64,000 nucleotides of DNA from an uncultured Spirochaetota bacterium (GCA_964521865.1 CAZFTJ010000005.1:7613-71612); one strand, 5' to 3'. Shown: positions 1-10,894, counted from the stretch's first letter. A program made the numbers and translations. The notes: a model not told the origin generated them from the sequence alone.

Positions 1-101
1 TTACAACCAAGCATATTCGTCTCAACACCGGAAGTGAACATCGTACTTCTTATAGAACTCTGAAATCGGCACCAGATTTTTTCAGTTGTTCCAGTACAAT
101 C

Positions 102-1190
102 TCAACTTAACTTTTCAGGCGGATATTTCTTAACTGGATCGTCGATTGGTGTTATTATGACTTTTATCGAATTATACTTTGCTTTACTGTTTGAAACTTC
201 AAACGCTTCCTTTATTTTTTCTAATGGAAAACAGTGAGTGATAATTTCATTTGCTTTTAACTGTTTAGACGATAATAGATCAATTGCACTTTGAAATTCT
301 GATTCACCTTCCCAATTCCCATATCCGGTACTCCAAAGAAGATCGATCTGTTTCTCCATACCGGTTTGTAAAGGTACCAACCCTTTATTAAAAAATTCAC
401 CCATAATACCAATAATACCATCGAGCGCAACTATATTAAATGCAATATCGAGTGTATCAGCCTGACCGCCAACTGCTTCGATTACAACATCGGCACCTTT
501 TCCTGAAGTTAATTTATTTATTTCTTTTACAGCCTCCTGCTTACTAATATTTATAATTTCATCAGCATCAGCTATTTCAAGTGCTTTCTTTAATACCTCT
601 TCCCTCCTCCCAATTACAATTATTTTACTATTGCTCCGTAATTTAAAAATCTGAGCTGTGGATAATGCTATTGGACCGGTCCCTATTACAACAACATATT
701 CATTAAACCCCTTACCGACTCTATTATAACAATGTACTCCACATCCATATACGTCTGCAAGAGAGGCTACGTTAAAATCAAGATTATCCAAAATTTTATA
801 TGCATTTTTTTCAGGAACAGTCACATATTCTGCGAATCCGCCATTATACCATATTCCAATATGTTTGACAGAAGGGCATAATTGAAAGGTTCCTTTCAAA
901 CACGCATAGCATTTACCGCACGTAATCTGAGGTTGAACAGTGACTCTGTCCCCTTCACGGATATTTTTTACTAATTTTCCCACGGATACTACTTCACCTG
1001 CCAATTCATGCCCGAGTATAACAGGGGCTGCCTCAGGAAACCATAGTTTCCCACTCCTCCAGCCATGAAGGTCACTTCCGCATATACCGGCCGATTTTAC
1101 TCTTATTTTAACTTCACCGATTTTCGGTGTTGGTTCAGGGACTTCCTTAATTTCTACTGTTCTACCATCTAAAAAAACAGCTGCTTTCAT
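102..1190 (-). CDS. Zn-dependent alcohol dehydrogenase, MDR family (sorbitol/threonine dehydrogenase-like)
   Basis: 362 aa; GHE..GEV catalytic-zinc motif; structural-zinc Cys cluster CGKCYAC..C; Rossmann motif VIGTGPIA. Confidence 0.85.
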   Translation of the reverse strand: MKAAVFLDGRTVEIKEVPEPTPKIGEVKIRVKSAGICGSDLHGWRSGKLWFPEAAPVILGHELAGEVVSVGKLVKNIREGDRVTVQPQITCGKCYACLKGTFQLCPSVKHIGIWYNGGFAEYVTVPEKNAYKILDNLDFNVASLADVYGCGVHCYNRVGKGFNEYVVVIGTGPIALSTAQIFKLRSNSKIIVIGRREEVLKKALEIADADEIINISKQEAVKEINKLTSGKGADVVIEAVGGQADTLDIAFNIVALDGIIGIMGEFFNKGLVPLQTGMEKQIDLLWSTGYGNWEGESEFQSAIDLLSSKQLKANEIITHCFPLEKIKEAFEVSNSKAKYNSIKVIITPIDDPVKKYPPEKLS

Positions 1191-1203
1191 TTTCTCAACA
1201 CCC

Positions 1204-2337
1204 TCAGCTATAAAGATTAACAGACTTTCTCTCGAGCCATGAAAACATCATTGCTTCACAGACTTTATGCACAGGCAAAATAAGCTCCGCACTGGTGACG
1301 GATTTATAAGCAGTACATCGGATTGTCCGTACGAAAGACTCATGCTCATTTTCAAAACACCAAGAAGGTTCGAGTAATTGTTTAATTATATCACCGGTTT
1401 GAAAATCATTTTGAATTACAACAGCCGATTTATTTCTGAGCAATGTCGGGTTCCAACAAACCTTTATGCTTCCTGTATCGCTCCTCATTTCAAGACTCAT
1501 GCCTGTAATGTCAAAATTGAGAAACGCAATATTATAAACAACTCTTGCCGATGGAAATCTTAAAACCGATAGTATTCTTAATGTATGAAAATCATCCGAA
1601 TCATTATGCATCCTGTATACATCTGTATAAATAATCTCTTCAGGTTCACCTAAAAATAGCCTTAAAAGATCTATAGTATGTGATCCACAATCCATTAAAA
1701 ATTCATACGCAAAGCTAATCAATGATCCTTCACACCATGCTGGTCGCCTCATTTTTATTTCAGGAACTGGCTCATCGGTTATGATCATGTGCTTTAAAGC
1801 ACCTGCTTCCCACCCATGAGCTCCTTCTTCTCCACCGCATATTGCAAAATTTACTTCACCAATTTCCCCATTTTTCACTTTTTGTAATGCAAAATCTGTC
1901 CCCCTGTCATAACGCCACATATAGCCAACAACAAGCTTTAGGTTGTATTTGGCAGCTTCCTTAACCATGGCTTTTGAATCATCATAACTCATTGTCATCG
2001 GTTTTTCTATGAGCACATGCTTGCCTCTTCTTAAAGCTTCCATAACTACTTCGTAATGGAGGTCATGATACAACGATACAATTACCGCTTCTACCTCCGA
2101 ATCATTAAGTATATCTTCTATTCGTGTGTATATTTTAAGCGCACCGTATCTTTCACCTACCATATGTGCTAACTTTGGCTTAATATCACATACCGCTTGG
2201 AGGGTTTCAAATTCTGAGAATTGTATAATCGGTAAATGCGCTCCCTGTGCAATCGCCCCGCATCCTATGACACCTACTCGGAGAGGTTCGGCTTTTATCA
2301 ATGAATCATTTTCACTGATATAAATACTTTTATCCAT
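1204..2337 (-). CDS. Gfo/Idh/MocA family NAD(P)-dependent oxidoreductase
   Basis: N-terminal Rossmann motif RVGVIGCGAIAQ..HLP; the track ORF begins at a TTG at 2355; first ATG (MDKSIY) at 2337 has an AAGGGG RBS. Confidence 0.8.
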   Translation of the reverse strand: MDKSIYISENDSLIKAEPLRVGVIGCGAIAQGAHLPIIQFSEFETLQAVCDIKPKLAHMVGERYGALKIYTRIEDILNDSEVEAVIVSLYHDLHYEVVMEALRRGKHVLIEKPMTMSYDDSKAMVKEAAKYNLKLVVGYMWRYDRGTDFALQKVKNGEIGEVNFAICGGEEGAHGWEAGALKHMIITDEPVPEIKMRRPAWCEGSLISFAYEFLMDCGSHTIDLLRLFLGEPEEIIYTDVYRMHNDSDDFHTLRILSVLRFPSARVVYNIAFLNFDITGMSLEMRSDTGSIKVCWNPTLLRNKSAVVIQNDFQTGDIIKQLLEPSWCFENEHESFVRTIRCTAYKSVTSAELILPVHKVCEAMMFSWLERKSVNLYS

Positions 2338-2374
2338 CAACGACCCCTTAATCAATAATTTATTGTTAAACCGA

Positions 2375-3211
2375 TTAGCCTTTTACTGCTCCAAAGGTAA
2401 GACCTCTAACCAAATTATTGAGAACGAGAAATGTAAAAATTATAATGGGAAGTGTTTGAAATACCGCTATGCTGCTTACCACCCCCCAAAGAGTGCCAGA
2501 TTTTATAATTAGTAGAGGTACAGTCACAGTAAGAGTTCTCGTATTATCTGCAGTAAGAACTAACACATAGAGAAGATCATTCCACGAAAAAATGAAAGAA
2601 AATATTGAAACAGTTACCATTCCGGGTGTAACCAAAGGAAGACTAATGCACCAAAAAGCCTTAAATTGACTCGCTCCATCGACTTTAGCCGATTCTTCCA
2701 GGGACGGGGGAAGTTCATCAAAAAAACCTTTCATAAGCCATGTACACAGCACTACATTGTATGCTGCATGTGCCAGGATTATACCGAGGTATCTGTCGAT
2801 AAGATTCAATTTGCTGTACATGATGTACATAGGTACGGCAAGAGTTATCGGGGGTACCATGGTAGTCGCCAATATATACAGGAGAAGATATTTTTTCCCC
2901 AAATATTTAAAGCGGGAAAAACCATATGCAGCAGGTATACCGATAGTGAGAGCTATTAAAGTACTTCCCGATGCAATGACGAGTGAATTTTTCAAATACT
3001 TTAACGCCTTGTATCGTTTAATTGCCATTGAATAATGCTCAAAGGTCGGGTGAAAAATTTTTAAAGGCTTATTTGAAAACATATCAAGTCGAGGTTTAAA
3101 GCTATTCGATATTGTCCATAGATATGGTAAAATACAAATGAGTATTACAAGTAACATAAGAATTAAAAATAAAGTTCTTTTAATGCCATATTTTCTCATA
3201 TAAATTTTCAT
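2375..3211 (-). CDS. carbohydrate ABC transporter permease (MalG/AraQ-like)
   Basis: 278 aa, 6 TM helices; ABC permease EAA-type signature ESAKVDGASQFKAFWCISLPL; 4-bp overlap with the upstream permease gene. Confidence 0.85.
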   Translation of the reverse strand: MKIYMRKYGIKRTLFLILMLLVILICILPYLWTISNSFKPRLDMFSNKPLKIFHPTFEHYSMAIKRYKALKYLKNSLVIASGSTLIALTIGIPAAYGFSRFKYLGKKYLLLYILATTMVPPITLAVPMYIMYSKLNLIDRYLGIILAHAAYNVVLCTWLMKGFFDELPPSLEESAKVDGASQFKAFWCISLPLVTPGMVTVSIFSFIFSWNDLLYVLVLTADNTRTLTVTVPLLIIKSGTLWGVVSSIAVFQTLPIIIFTFLVLNNLVRGLTFGAVKG

Positions 3212-4119
3212 TCTCGTGCTTTTTTTTCATAGTGGTTCCACAGAATAAAGATGAAAGATGCAGTGATAAACATAATAGCAACGATAAAGACAGCAGGCGC
3301 GGTACCATATCCAAGATTCCAGTACATAAAATTAAGCCGATAAATATATAAGTTTACCACTTCAGTTTTGCCACCAGGCCCTCCAAATGTAAGAATATAT
3401 ACAATGTCAAAAATTTTTATCGCATCAATAAGTCGAAATATAAACCCAACTATCAATAAGGGCTTCAGCATTGGAATGGTAATTTTTCTGAATAGCTGAA
3501 AACCACTTGCACCATCAATTCTTGCAGCCTCAAAGGGTTCTTCCGGCAGGGATAAGAGACCTGATAAAAATACAAGACCCAAAAACGGAGTCCATTCCCA
3601 TATATCGACAAGCACTATTACCGCAAAGGCAGTCAATGGATTAGAAAGTGCTGTCGTATCCGAAGTTAATAATCCCAACTTCCTCAAGCAAATATCTAGA
3701 ATACCGTACTGTGGATAGAACATAAACCTCCATACAAGTCCTACCACAACTGGAGCCAACATTGTTGGAATAATGAATAACGAAAGCACAACTCTTCTGA
3801 ATGGAATATGTTGATTGAAGAGAACTGCAATCAACAACCCTAATATCATTTCAACCCCGACTACAATTACAACGAATACCCCCGTAATCATCAGACTATA
3901 TCCAAAAACAGGATCGTCCGTTAAAAGATTTATATAATTTGAAATGCCAACAAACTGACCTTTTTTTTCCGGAACTGCAAGATTATAGTTTCGAAAGCTA
4001 TAATTCAGAGCAATACTAAAGGGTATGAGGATAGTGAAACAAAGAAATAATATGATCGGTATAATCCACGTATATTTGCGAAATAATTTACGTTTTACAT
4101 ATTTATTCCCGGTATCCAT
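3208..4119 (-). CDS. carbohydrate ABC transporter permease (MalF/AraP-like)
   Basis: 303 aa; signature EAARIDGASGFQLFRKITIPMLKP; multiple TM helices. Confidence 0.85.
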   Translation of the reverse strand: MDTGNKYVKRKLFRKYTWIIPIILFLCFTILIPFSIALNYSFRNYNLAVPEKKGQFVGISNYINLLTDDPVFGYSLMITGVFVVIVVGVEMILGLLIAVLFNQHIPFRRVVLSLFIIPTMLAPVVVGLVWRFMFYPQYGILDICLRKLGLLTSDTTALSNPLTAFAVIVLVDIWEWTPFLGLVFLSGLLSLPEEPFEAARIDGASGFQLFRKITIPMLKPLLIVGFIFRLIDAIKIFDIVYILTFGGPGGKTEVVNLYIYRLNFMYWNLGYGTAPAVFIVAIMFITASFIFILWNHYEKKARE

Positions 4120-4194
4120 AATTTTTCATTTTTCCGAGAGATTATACCATACATTGTATAGTATAATCTCTCATAGTATAGGGACGTATTTTAT

Positions 4195-5652
4195 TTATCT
4201 ACCCTCAACGAGCTTCACGGTTCTTGCCTGTGCTTCATCCAGTGCTGTTTTTACAGAGACCATTCCCGCAGCGGCTTTTGAAATAGCTTCTGCCATTATA
4301 TCACTGGCCTGTGGTATCCAAGAATATCCAGGTGGAGCAAAAATCTTCCCACTATCGATTATTGCTAAAGTTGCCTTGAACCATGGATATTTCTTTTGTA
4401 TCTCAGGTAAGGCCATTACTCGTGGATCATGAGTACAGCCGTTCGCATTTTGTACCTCAAGTTGTGCATCATAGGAGTTCAGGTACTGGATAAGAAGGAA
4501 TGCCGCTTCTTTATGTCTTGAGCTCTTCCATATCACCCATTGCGCCATATTTGCCGTAACATTGTATTTGCCTGGTGCCTGGATTGGCGGGACAAAATAA
4601 CCGTTGAGCCCGGCAACTTTTGAATCTTCAGGATTTTCCATAAATGATATGGTATCCGGAGAGGAATTTTCCATAAACACACGCCCGGCAGCATACATTG
4701 AAAATTTTTCATCCCATGCTGCTTCAAGATAACCCGGTGGACAGTATTTTCTTAGAGAAAGCATATATTCTAATGTATTGACCAATTCCGGTGAATTCAT
4801 GGTTGGTTTTCCGTTATCGTCGTTGAACCATCCTCCCATACATACCATAAAGTTCTCCAGCTCGATTGAAGCAGCAGGATGTTGCTTATACGCAACTGTT
4901 ATTCCGTAAAAGTCTTCTGTTAAAATTTTTCCCGATAATTTATCACCCTTTTTTCTTGTAAAAAATTCACACAGATCCGTATATTGCTGGTAATTCTTCA
5001 ACGGGTAATAATTATCCGGAGCTAACGGCAATTCATACCCATATTTATTTTTAAATGCGATTCTTTCTTCTTTATTCGCTGCAATATCTTTTCGGTAAAC
5101 CATCATCTGTGTATTATTAAAGCAAGGAACTCCATAATACACCCCCTTCCACAAACTTGCGTCATCTACCATAGCTTTGGGGAGCAGCTTCCAGGGATCA
5201 TAGGATGGATCCCGAAGATCGGAATTATTCAGGAACTTTTCTATCGGTTCTACCCAATTGTTTTCAACATTCAGACCAAGTTCACGCCAAGAGACGAGGC
5301 TAAAATCATAAATGTGAGTCCCAGCAAGAAAATCTGATTTTGTTTTCGCCTGTCGTTCAGCATAATCTGCATATTCGATATCTACGTTAATCCCGGTCAA
5401 CTTCTCGAAGTTTTTAACCGGACCTTCAAAAGCCTGCATTCCTGCCCATGGTTCAAAAATAACTTTGAGGTTTTGGCCCTTGTACGGCATTGCCGCTCTC
5501 TCAAGAGTCCACTCTTTCACTTCCTGAGTTAATGGTTTGGGTTCTGGAGCTGGTTCCTCTTTTTTACTCCCTGCATAGAGATTTCCAATGTAAATTCCAA
5601 AACAAACAACTACTGATAACAATAGTGACCGCGTCAACAATTTTCTGTTCAT
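4195..5652 (-). CDS. ABC transporter extracellular solute-binding protein (sugar/oligosaccharide type)
   Basis: 485 aa; N-terminal signal peptide; typical SBP family-1 composition; sits in the operon with the two permeases. Confidence 0.75.
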   Translation of the reverse strand: MNRKLLTRSLLLSVVVCFGIYIGNLYAGSKKEEPAPEPKPLTQEVKEWTLERAAMPYKGQNLKVIFEPWAGMQAFEGPVKNFEKLTGINVDIEYADYAERQAKTKSDFLAGTHIYDFSLVSWRELGLNVENNWVEPIEKFLNNSDLRDPSYDPWKLLPKAMVDDASLWKGVYYGVPCFNNTQMMVYRKDIAANKEERIAFKNKYGYELPLAPDNYYPLKNYQQYTDLCEFFTRKKGDKLSGKILTEDFYGITVAYKQHPAASIELENFMVCMGGWFNDDNGKPTMNSPELVNTLEYMLSLRKYCPPGYLEAAWDEKFSMYAAGRVFMENSSPDTISFMENPEDSKVAGLNGYFVPPIQAPGKYNVTANMAQWVIWKSSRHKEAAFLLIQYLNSYDAQLEVQNANGCTHDPRVMALPEIQKKYPWFKATLAIIDSGKIFAPPGYSWIPQASDIMAEAISKAAAGMVSVKTALDEAQARTVKLVEGR

Positions 5653-5767
5653 AGCTATCCTCCTTAAAAAATATAAAATTTATTTTAAAAGTATCATGAT
5701 GCCCCGACCTGCGTTGATATCCAAATAATTCTATTAAATCTTTGGAGCTCTCAATTTAATGAGTTAG

Positions 5768-6739
5768 TTACTTATTTTTCTTTATTGAAATAGCCCTATC
5801 AATCATACGCTCTATAGTAAATTGTGGACAGTATCCAAGAAAATTTCTCGCCTTTGCAATACTTATCTCATACGGTTCTATATGATCGACCCTCGCACTG
5901 TCCCATTCTACTCCCAAACCTTTAGCTACTCTTTCAATGACGTCCAGATATCGAAAAGACGACGGTCCTGCAATATTGAATAAATTGTTTTTTATAGTTG
6001 CATGTTTCTCAATTGCAAGAATAATTCCTTCTGCAATGTCTTCAGGATCTGCACAATGATCAACAGCAGACTCACTATTTGCACATAAAGGGGCAAAGAC
6101 ACCTTTACCATTTGCCAGTTTAGGACCCAGCTTTCTCCTGTCCGCTGGTTTAAGAAATTTTTCCCATAACTCATATTCAAATAGTTTCAATACTTCCATA
6201 CCGGCTAACGTCCATGATATTCGCAAGATAATCCATGGAATATCGTATAATCTGCCGTAATTGATACACATTATCTCGCCTAATATTTTTGTGAGAGCAT
6301 AAAATCTGCTGGGAAAAATTTCAGTTTCTTCAGTCACTGGTGTTTTAAACTTTTTAAACCCGGTAGAATACACCGCATCTGTGCTCGCATAAAGAAAAAG
6401 CTTAAGATCCTTCACTTTATTTGCGGCTTCCAAAAGGTTATATGTACCTCTCACAATAATTTCAAATAACCGATCATTCTCCTTCTCAATAACTTCGGGC
6501 CCAAACATGTCAAAAACAGCAGCAAGATGACAAATAATTTTACATCCGCGTACTAGCTTCTCTAATTCTTGTTTATCTAATAAATCTCCATACACAAGTT
6601 CTAATTTATTATTAATAACTCCTTCAGGTTTATGATGATGAATTAAAGCCTTTACGCTATAGCCCCGTTCTAATAAAGACTTCAGCACGAAACGGCCAAT
6701 ACGTCCTGTTCCTCCAGTGAGAAAAATAGATTCTTTCAT
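5768..6739 (-). CDS. NAD-dependent epimerase/dehydratase family protein (extended SDR)
   Basis: N-terminal GGTGRIG Rossmann motif; catalytic Y..K spacing; 323 aa. Confidence 0.8.
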   Translation of the reverse strand: MKESIFLTGGTGRIGRFVLKSLLERGYSVKALIHHHKPEGVINNKLELVYGDLLDKQELEKLVRGCKIICHLAAVFDMFGPEVIEKENDRLFEIIVRGTYNLLEAANKVKDLKLFLYASTDAVYSTGFKKFKTPVTEETEIFPSRFYALTKILGEIMCINYGRLYDIPWIILRISWTLAGMEVLKLFEYELWEKFLKPADRRKLGPKLANGKGVFAPLCANSESAVDHCADPEDIAEGIILAIEKHATIKNNLFNIAGPSSFRYLDVIERVAKGLGVEWDSARVDHIEPYEISIAKARNFLGYCPQFTIERMIDRAISIKKNK

Positions 6740-6812
6740 TGTCCTATCTCTTAACTAGAAGCTATATTTATCCGCAGTATTTCTTGAATATTTCTTTACG
6801 CATCGATTCACA

Positions 6813-8291
6813 TTATTTATCAACCGGAAAAGGCCTGTATTCCACACCTTCACGTTTATAAATAGCCGCTACTTTTCTTTCCAATTCAGTAACGATTTTA
6901 TTGGATAAATGATTTAGTCTGTGCTCTTCGAGTATTTGTCGAACCCTCTCTATTGCCCTCTCCCGAATATCTTTGCACCCGTTCGCTTCCCATTTCTGGC
7001 GAACGGTCCTATCGGATATTGTAGGAAAGTACTGTTCTTCCTTGAAAAATTTTAATGTATGCTCATGCTCTAAAAAATTCCCCCCATGACCAATCTCTTG
7101 AATTATATCTATGGCAAGTTTTTCCTCTGTTACATGTATTCCCTTTAAAATTCTTTTAACATACCCTGCTATTTCTTCATCTATTACTACCTGTTCATAG
7201 TTCGCACTTTCACCACTATTGATTAGACCGCCAACAAGAGCAATTTCATCCGCACCTGCCATTGCTGCTAAAAGTACTCCCATCATTTTTTCATAGCCGG
7301 CCTGTTGATCTGGAACCTTCGCATCAGTCTGCCCAACAATAATATTGGATGGAATTTGATAATATTTTGCGAGCTGCGTAAACCCTACGCACATGAGCAC
7401 CTGTTCGGGACACCCGAACACATTTGTAACAGCTCTCATGTCCATAATCCCGGGCCAAGACATATATATAACCGGCGCTCCGGGGTTTACCAACTGATTG
7501 AGCACTATACCACTCAAGGCCTCAGCATTACCCTGGACAAGAGAACCTGAAAGTGTAACGGGATGCATGGAGCCCGAAAGAGGCATGGGGAGTATTTCAT
7601 TCGGAAGCCTTACTTTTGCTGTTTCGATTATAACAATTGCCTCTTTGCTCCAGGTTAGCGCTCTTTGTGGGAGAACAGTCATGTTAAAAGTTTTTTTCTT
7701 ACCAATTTCATTACGTCCACCCTCTACAATCTCGACCAAATCGATGAGATCATCCGTTGTTTTTTGATCGAGTCCGTCTCCAGCAGGAATAACCTTGCCG
7801 TTATTTTTTACCAGAACTTCAAAATATCGAGCATGAAAGACTTCAGCAGGAATGTCCTGAGCCCAGATCATTCCATTGCCTATTTCAAGATATTCCATAG
7901 CATCAGAAAGACGTGCAAAATTTGCAATATCCTGTTCTACCCCTTTTCTAAACCTGCCTTCAAGATCCAGTACATAAGCAGTGGTCGATCCCACACCAAA
8001 ATGAACATCTCTATCACCAAATCGAATGGGAGAATGTCTCCTTTGATCCAAGGGATATCTTGTAAATGAAGGAGGTGCAGAACGAATACATGCTTCAACT
8101 ATACCGGGAGGAAAATACACTGTATTATTATCACCGATAGTCAATCCTGCCTTGCGAAATACTTTCAAAGCGCTTTCACAGTGGAATTGGATTCCAGTAT
8201 TTTCTAAAATATCAATAGTAGCGACATGTATACGGTATAACTCGTCGTCGCTCAATATACGAAATGGGGCTTTGGATTGGACTAATATCAT
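6813..8291 (-). CDS. MttB-superfamily methyltransferase (trimethylamine methyltransferase family), no in-frame amber codon, so a non-pyrrolysine member
   Basis: 492 aa; N-terminus LSDDELYRIHVATIDILENTGIQFHCESALKVFRKAG matches the MttB-family N-terminal consensus; the ORF is uninterrupted. Confidence 0.7.
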   Translation of the reverse strand: MILVQSKAPFRILSDDELYRIHVATIDILENTGIQFHCESALKVFRKAGLTIGDNNTVYFPPGIVEACIRSAPPSFTRYPLDQRRHSPIRFGDRDVHFGVGSTTAYVLDLEGRFRKGVEQDIANFARLSDAMEYLEIGNGMIWAQDIPAEVFHARYFEVLVKNNGKVIPAGDGLDQKTTDDLIDLVEIVEGGRNEIGKKKTFNMTVLPQRALTWSKEAIVIIETAKVRLPNEILPMPLSGSMHPVTLSGSLVQGNAEALSGIVLNQLVNPGAPVIYMSWPGIMDMRAVTNVFGCPEQVLMCVGFTQLAKYYQIPSNIIVGQTDAKVPDQQAGYEKMMGVLLAAMAGADEIALVGGLINSGESANYEQVVIDEEIAGYVKRILKGIHVTEEKLAIDIIQEIGHGGNFLEHEHTLKFFKEEQYFPTISDRTVRQKWEANGCKDIRERAIERVRQILEEHRLNHLSNKIVTELERKVAAIYKREGVEYRPFPVDK

Positions 8292-8350
8292 TCTATGTTC
8301 CCATTCATTACCGGTTGATTTTTATCGTGCATTAATACGCGTCTCCAGGT

Positions 8351-9532
8351 TTAATTTCCAAACTTTTCGGCCCATTTATAAAGACGCTCGCGGTAATATC
8401 TAAAATTTTCCCACGAAATCCCACATGGAACCAGATGATCAATAAAAGGAATATATCCTCCCTGCTCCAACATAATGGGCAGCTTTGAGCGCAACTCCTC
8501 GTCAATTGCTTCCTTACCCACAGCGACTTTTCTTTTGTCGATCCCTCCCATCATTTTCAATTGCGGGAATTTTTTCCTGACCGCAACAACATTCATCCCC
8601 GCCGCAACTTCAAACGGATATAATCCTGTAACACCACAATCGAGCAAAATAGGAATAAGCTCACTGATATTTCCATCTGAATCGACAAAAATATTTTTCA
8701 CTCCTTTTGAAATAACCGCATTAATAAATTTTTTATAATACGGCATAAAAAAATCTCTAAACATCTTGGGAGATATCAAGGGTCCATTCTTGTACGCCAT
8801 ATCCTCCCAGATATGAATGCAGTCGACTTCGATCTCATTTAGTATTGATGTTATGAGCTCTATATAGAAATCAGTGAGATATTCTAACATTGATATAATG
8901 AGCTTAGGGTCATCGTAGAATGAATAGAGAAGACGCTCGACACCCATCAGGGCTCTTAAATAACCAAAAAAACCAAAGGGATACCCCCCTAAAGCAAGAG
9001 GATAATCTCTTTGCTTGTACCTTTCGCGTCTATTCCGCCAATCATCGGGAAGTCTTTTCTCTAAATCCGGCTGAAATCGTTTTTTCAGTTTTACAAAATC
9101 GGACAATTCCTTTACAGGATAGAACAAGAATTGCGGTATTGATTTCCCGTCCTTTCTGGTTTTCATACCAACTCCCATCTGGTCGATGATTACTATATTT
9201 TCTCCTTCGTATCTGAGCACCTTTTCTTCAAACGGCGGCTCCATCCCCAAATTCAATGGGACAGCAACGGTGGGGGAATCAAAGTGAAAAAATGCCGCTA
9301 CATCTGTGTCATGAGGCTCTTGTCCTATTTCATTCCATGGATACGCCTCACCAATTACAGTACCATCCCAAAATAGTGAAACGTTCGTCCACTTATTACT
9401 GGATGTAATTTTCGGCAAGCCCTCTTTCCACCATCGATTGTATACGTCCCGCCAGTAACCGAACTCCCACATCATTGTCCTGGTTCCTGTGGTAAAGTCC
9501 ATAATGGAAAGAAATCTTTCTCGCGAGTTCAT
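8351..9532 (-). CDS. uroporphyrinogen-decarboxylase (URO-D) family protein, MtaA/CmuA-like methylcobamide methyltransferase-like
   Basis: 393 aa; N-terminal ERFLSIM.. and C-terminal VDSDGNISELIPILLDCGVTGLYPFE resemble URO-D family motifs; adjacent to the MttB-like gene. Confidence 0.55.
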   Translation of the reverse strand: MNSRERFLSIMDFTTGTRTMMWEFGYWRDVYNRWWKEGLPKITSSNKWTNVSLFWDGTVIGEAYPWNEIGQEPHDTDVAAFFHFDSPTVAVPLNLGMEPPFEEKVLRYEGENIVIIDQMGVGMKTRKDGKSIPQFLFYPVKELSDFVKLKKRFQPDLEKRLPDDWRNRRERYKQRDYPLALGGYPFGFFGYLRALMGVERLLYSFYDDPKLIISMLEYLTDFYIELITSILNEIEVDCIHIWEDMAYKNGPLISPKMFRDFFMPYYKKFINAVISKGVKNIFVDSDGNISELIPILLDCGVTGLYPFEVAAGMNVVAVRKKFPQLKMMGGIDKRKVAVGKEAIDEELRSKLPIMLEQGGYIPFIDHLVPCGISWENFRYYRERLYKWAEKFGN

Positions 9533-9547
9533 GAGATTCTCTTGCGT

Positions 9548-10825
9548 TTACGAATAATTCATCACAGGTTTTTTATTTCCTCTTTTAAGCTTTGCAACCG
9601 TTTTACTGATCGATTCAATCATATAATCGACTTGTGAATCTGTTAATGAGAGATTGATTGGTGTATCTGTGAGCTGAGAATAGATCCGATCGGCCTGTGG
9701 ACAATTGATTCTTGGATACCCCAATTCTGTGAATATTTTAAAACGGTACGGTGGAAGATAATGTGGGATCGATTTGATCCCAAACTCATGGTATAAAATG
9801 TTCACAAAGTCATCCCGATTTGAATTAAAATTACTTCCGTCGAACAAGATAGGGTAAAGATGGAAAGCATGCGACCGATCATCTGGAATATGGGGTGCGG
9901 TAATACCTTCTATATCTTTTATACCGGCATTCATATGAGCTGCAATCTCATTTCTACGAGCATTCATCCATTCCAACTTTTTTAACTGTACTCTGCCGAC
10001 ATTGGCCTGTACATCACTGAGACAATAGTTATACGGAATCCTCCCTTTAATTGTTTTTACATCATAAAGAAATGGTATCCAATACTTTTCCAGATTTTCA
10101 TACATATCCATACCCACCCATCTCGCAAGAGGAATCAGGTCCGCAAATTCTTTTTTATTGGTTGTTATCATTCCGCCTTCACCCAATGTTGTGATGTTCT
10201 TTACCGTGTGAAAACTGAAACAGCCAAAATCTCCGAAAGTACCTGTTTTTTTACCTTTGTATACCGCCCCTAAAGAGTGAGCGCAATCTTCGACAACTTT
10301 TAAATTCTTTTTCGTCGCGAGCTTCATGATAGGTCCCATATCAGCAGGTAATCCATTTAAATGAACCACATAAATGGCTTTTGTTTTTTCAGTTATTTTT
10401 TCAGAAATTGTATCGGCCGTTATCGTATAGGTAACCGGATCAATGTCGGCAAAAACTACCTTTGCCCCGACTCTAAGAAGGGGAATAACTGTGGCAATAA
10501 AAGTAACTGCAGGAACAATGACCTCGTCCCCTTGTCCAATTTCCAGTATTTGTGTAGCGATTTCCAGCGCTCCTGTGCAACTGGAAACGCCGAAAGCATA
10601 TTTTGTGCCTATGTATTCCGCGAATTCTGTTTGGAAGAGTTTGAGATACGGACCTTGTGTGAAAATATCTCCCTGTATTGCTTCAATAACAGCCTGCACC
10701 TCTTCTAAACCATAGTGGGGTCCAACTTCTCGATACGGTACTTTCAACCCTTCTTGTTGTATTGCCTGCTTATAAATACCGCTCCAATCACTTTTTTCTT
10801 TGCTTTCATTTGGATCCATTTGCAT
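9548..10825 (-). CDS. DegT/DnrJ/EryC1/StrS family PLP-dependent aminotransferase
   Basis: 425 aa; characteristic blocks GDEVIVPAVTFIAT, VVEDCAHSLGA, FGDFGCFSFHTVKNITTLGEGGMITT. Confidence 0.85.
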   Translation of the reverse strand: MQMDPNESKEKSDWSGIYKQAIQQEGLKVPYREVGPHYGLEEVQAVIEAIQGDIFTQGPYLKLFQTEFAEYIGTKYAFGVSSCTGALEIATQILEIGQGDEVIVPAVTFIATVIPLLRVGAKVVFADIDPVTYTITADTISEKITEKTKAIYVVHLNGLPADMGPIMKLATKKNLKVVEDCAHSLGAVYKGKKTGTFGDFGCFSFHTVKNITTLGEGGMITTNKKEFADLIPLARWVGMDMYENLEKYWIPFLYDVKTIKGRIPYNYCLSDVQANVGRVQLKKLEWMNARRNEIAAHMNAGIKDIEGITAPHIPDDRSHAFHLYPILFDGSNFNSNRDDFVNILYHEFGIKSIPHYLPPYRFKIFTELGYPRINCPQADRIYSQLTDTPINLSLTDSQVDYMIESISKTVAKLKRGNKKPVMNYS

Positions 10826-10894
10826 ACCATTTTCCCCGTAATAGTTATTTGTCTTGTCTCACATGAAGACCATCCCGCATATTTCCGATGTGAA

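Noticed and set aside
6813-8291. Pyrrolysine-containing MttB
   Set aside because: The ORF is uninterrupted (no in-frame TAG), so it is a non-Pyl family member. No pyl genes are in the window.
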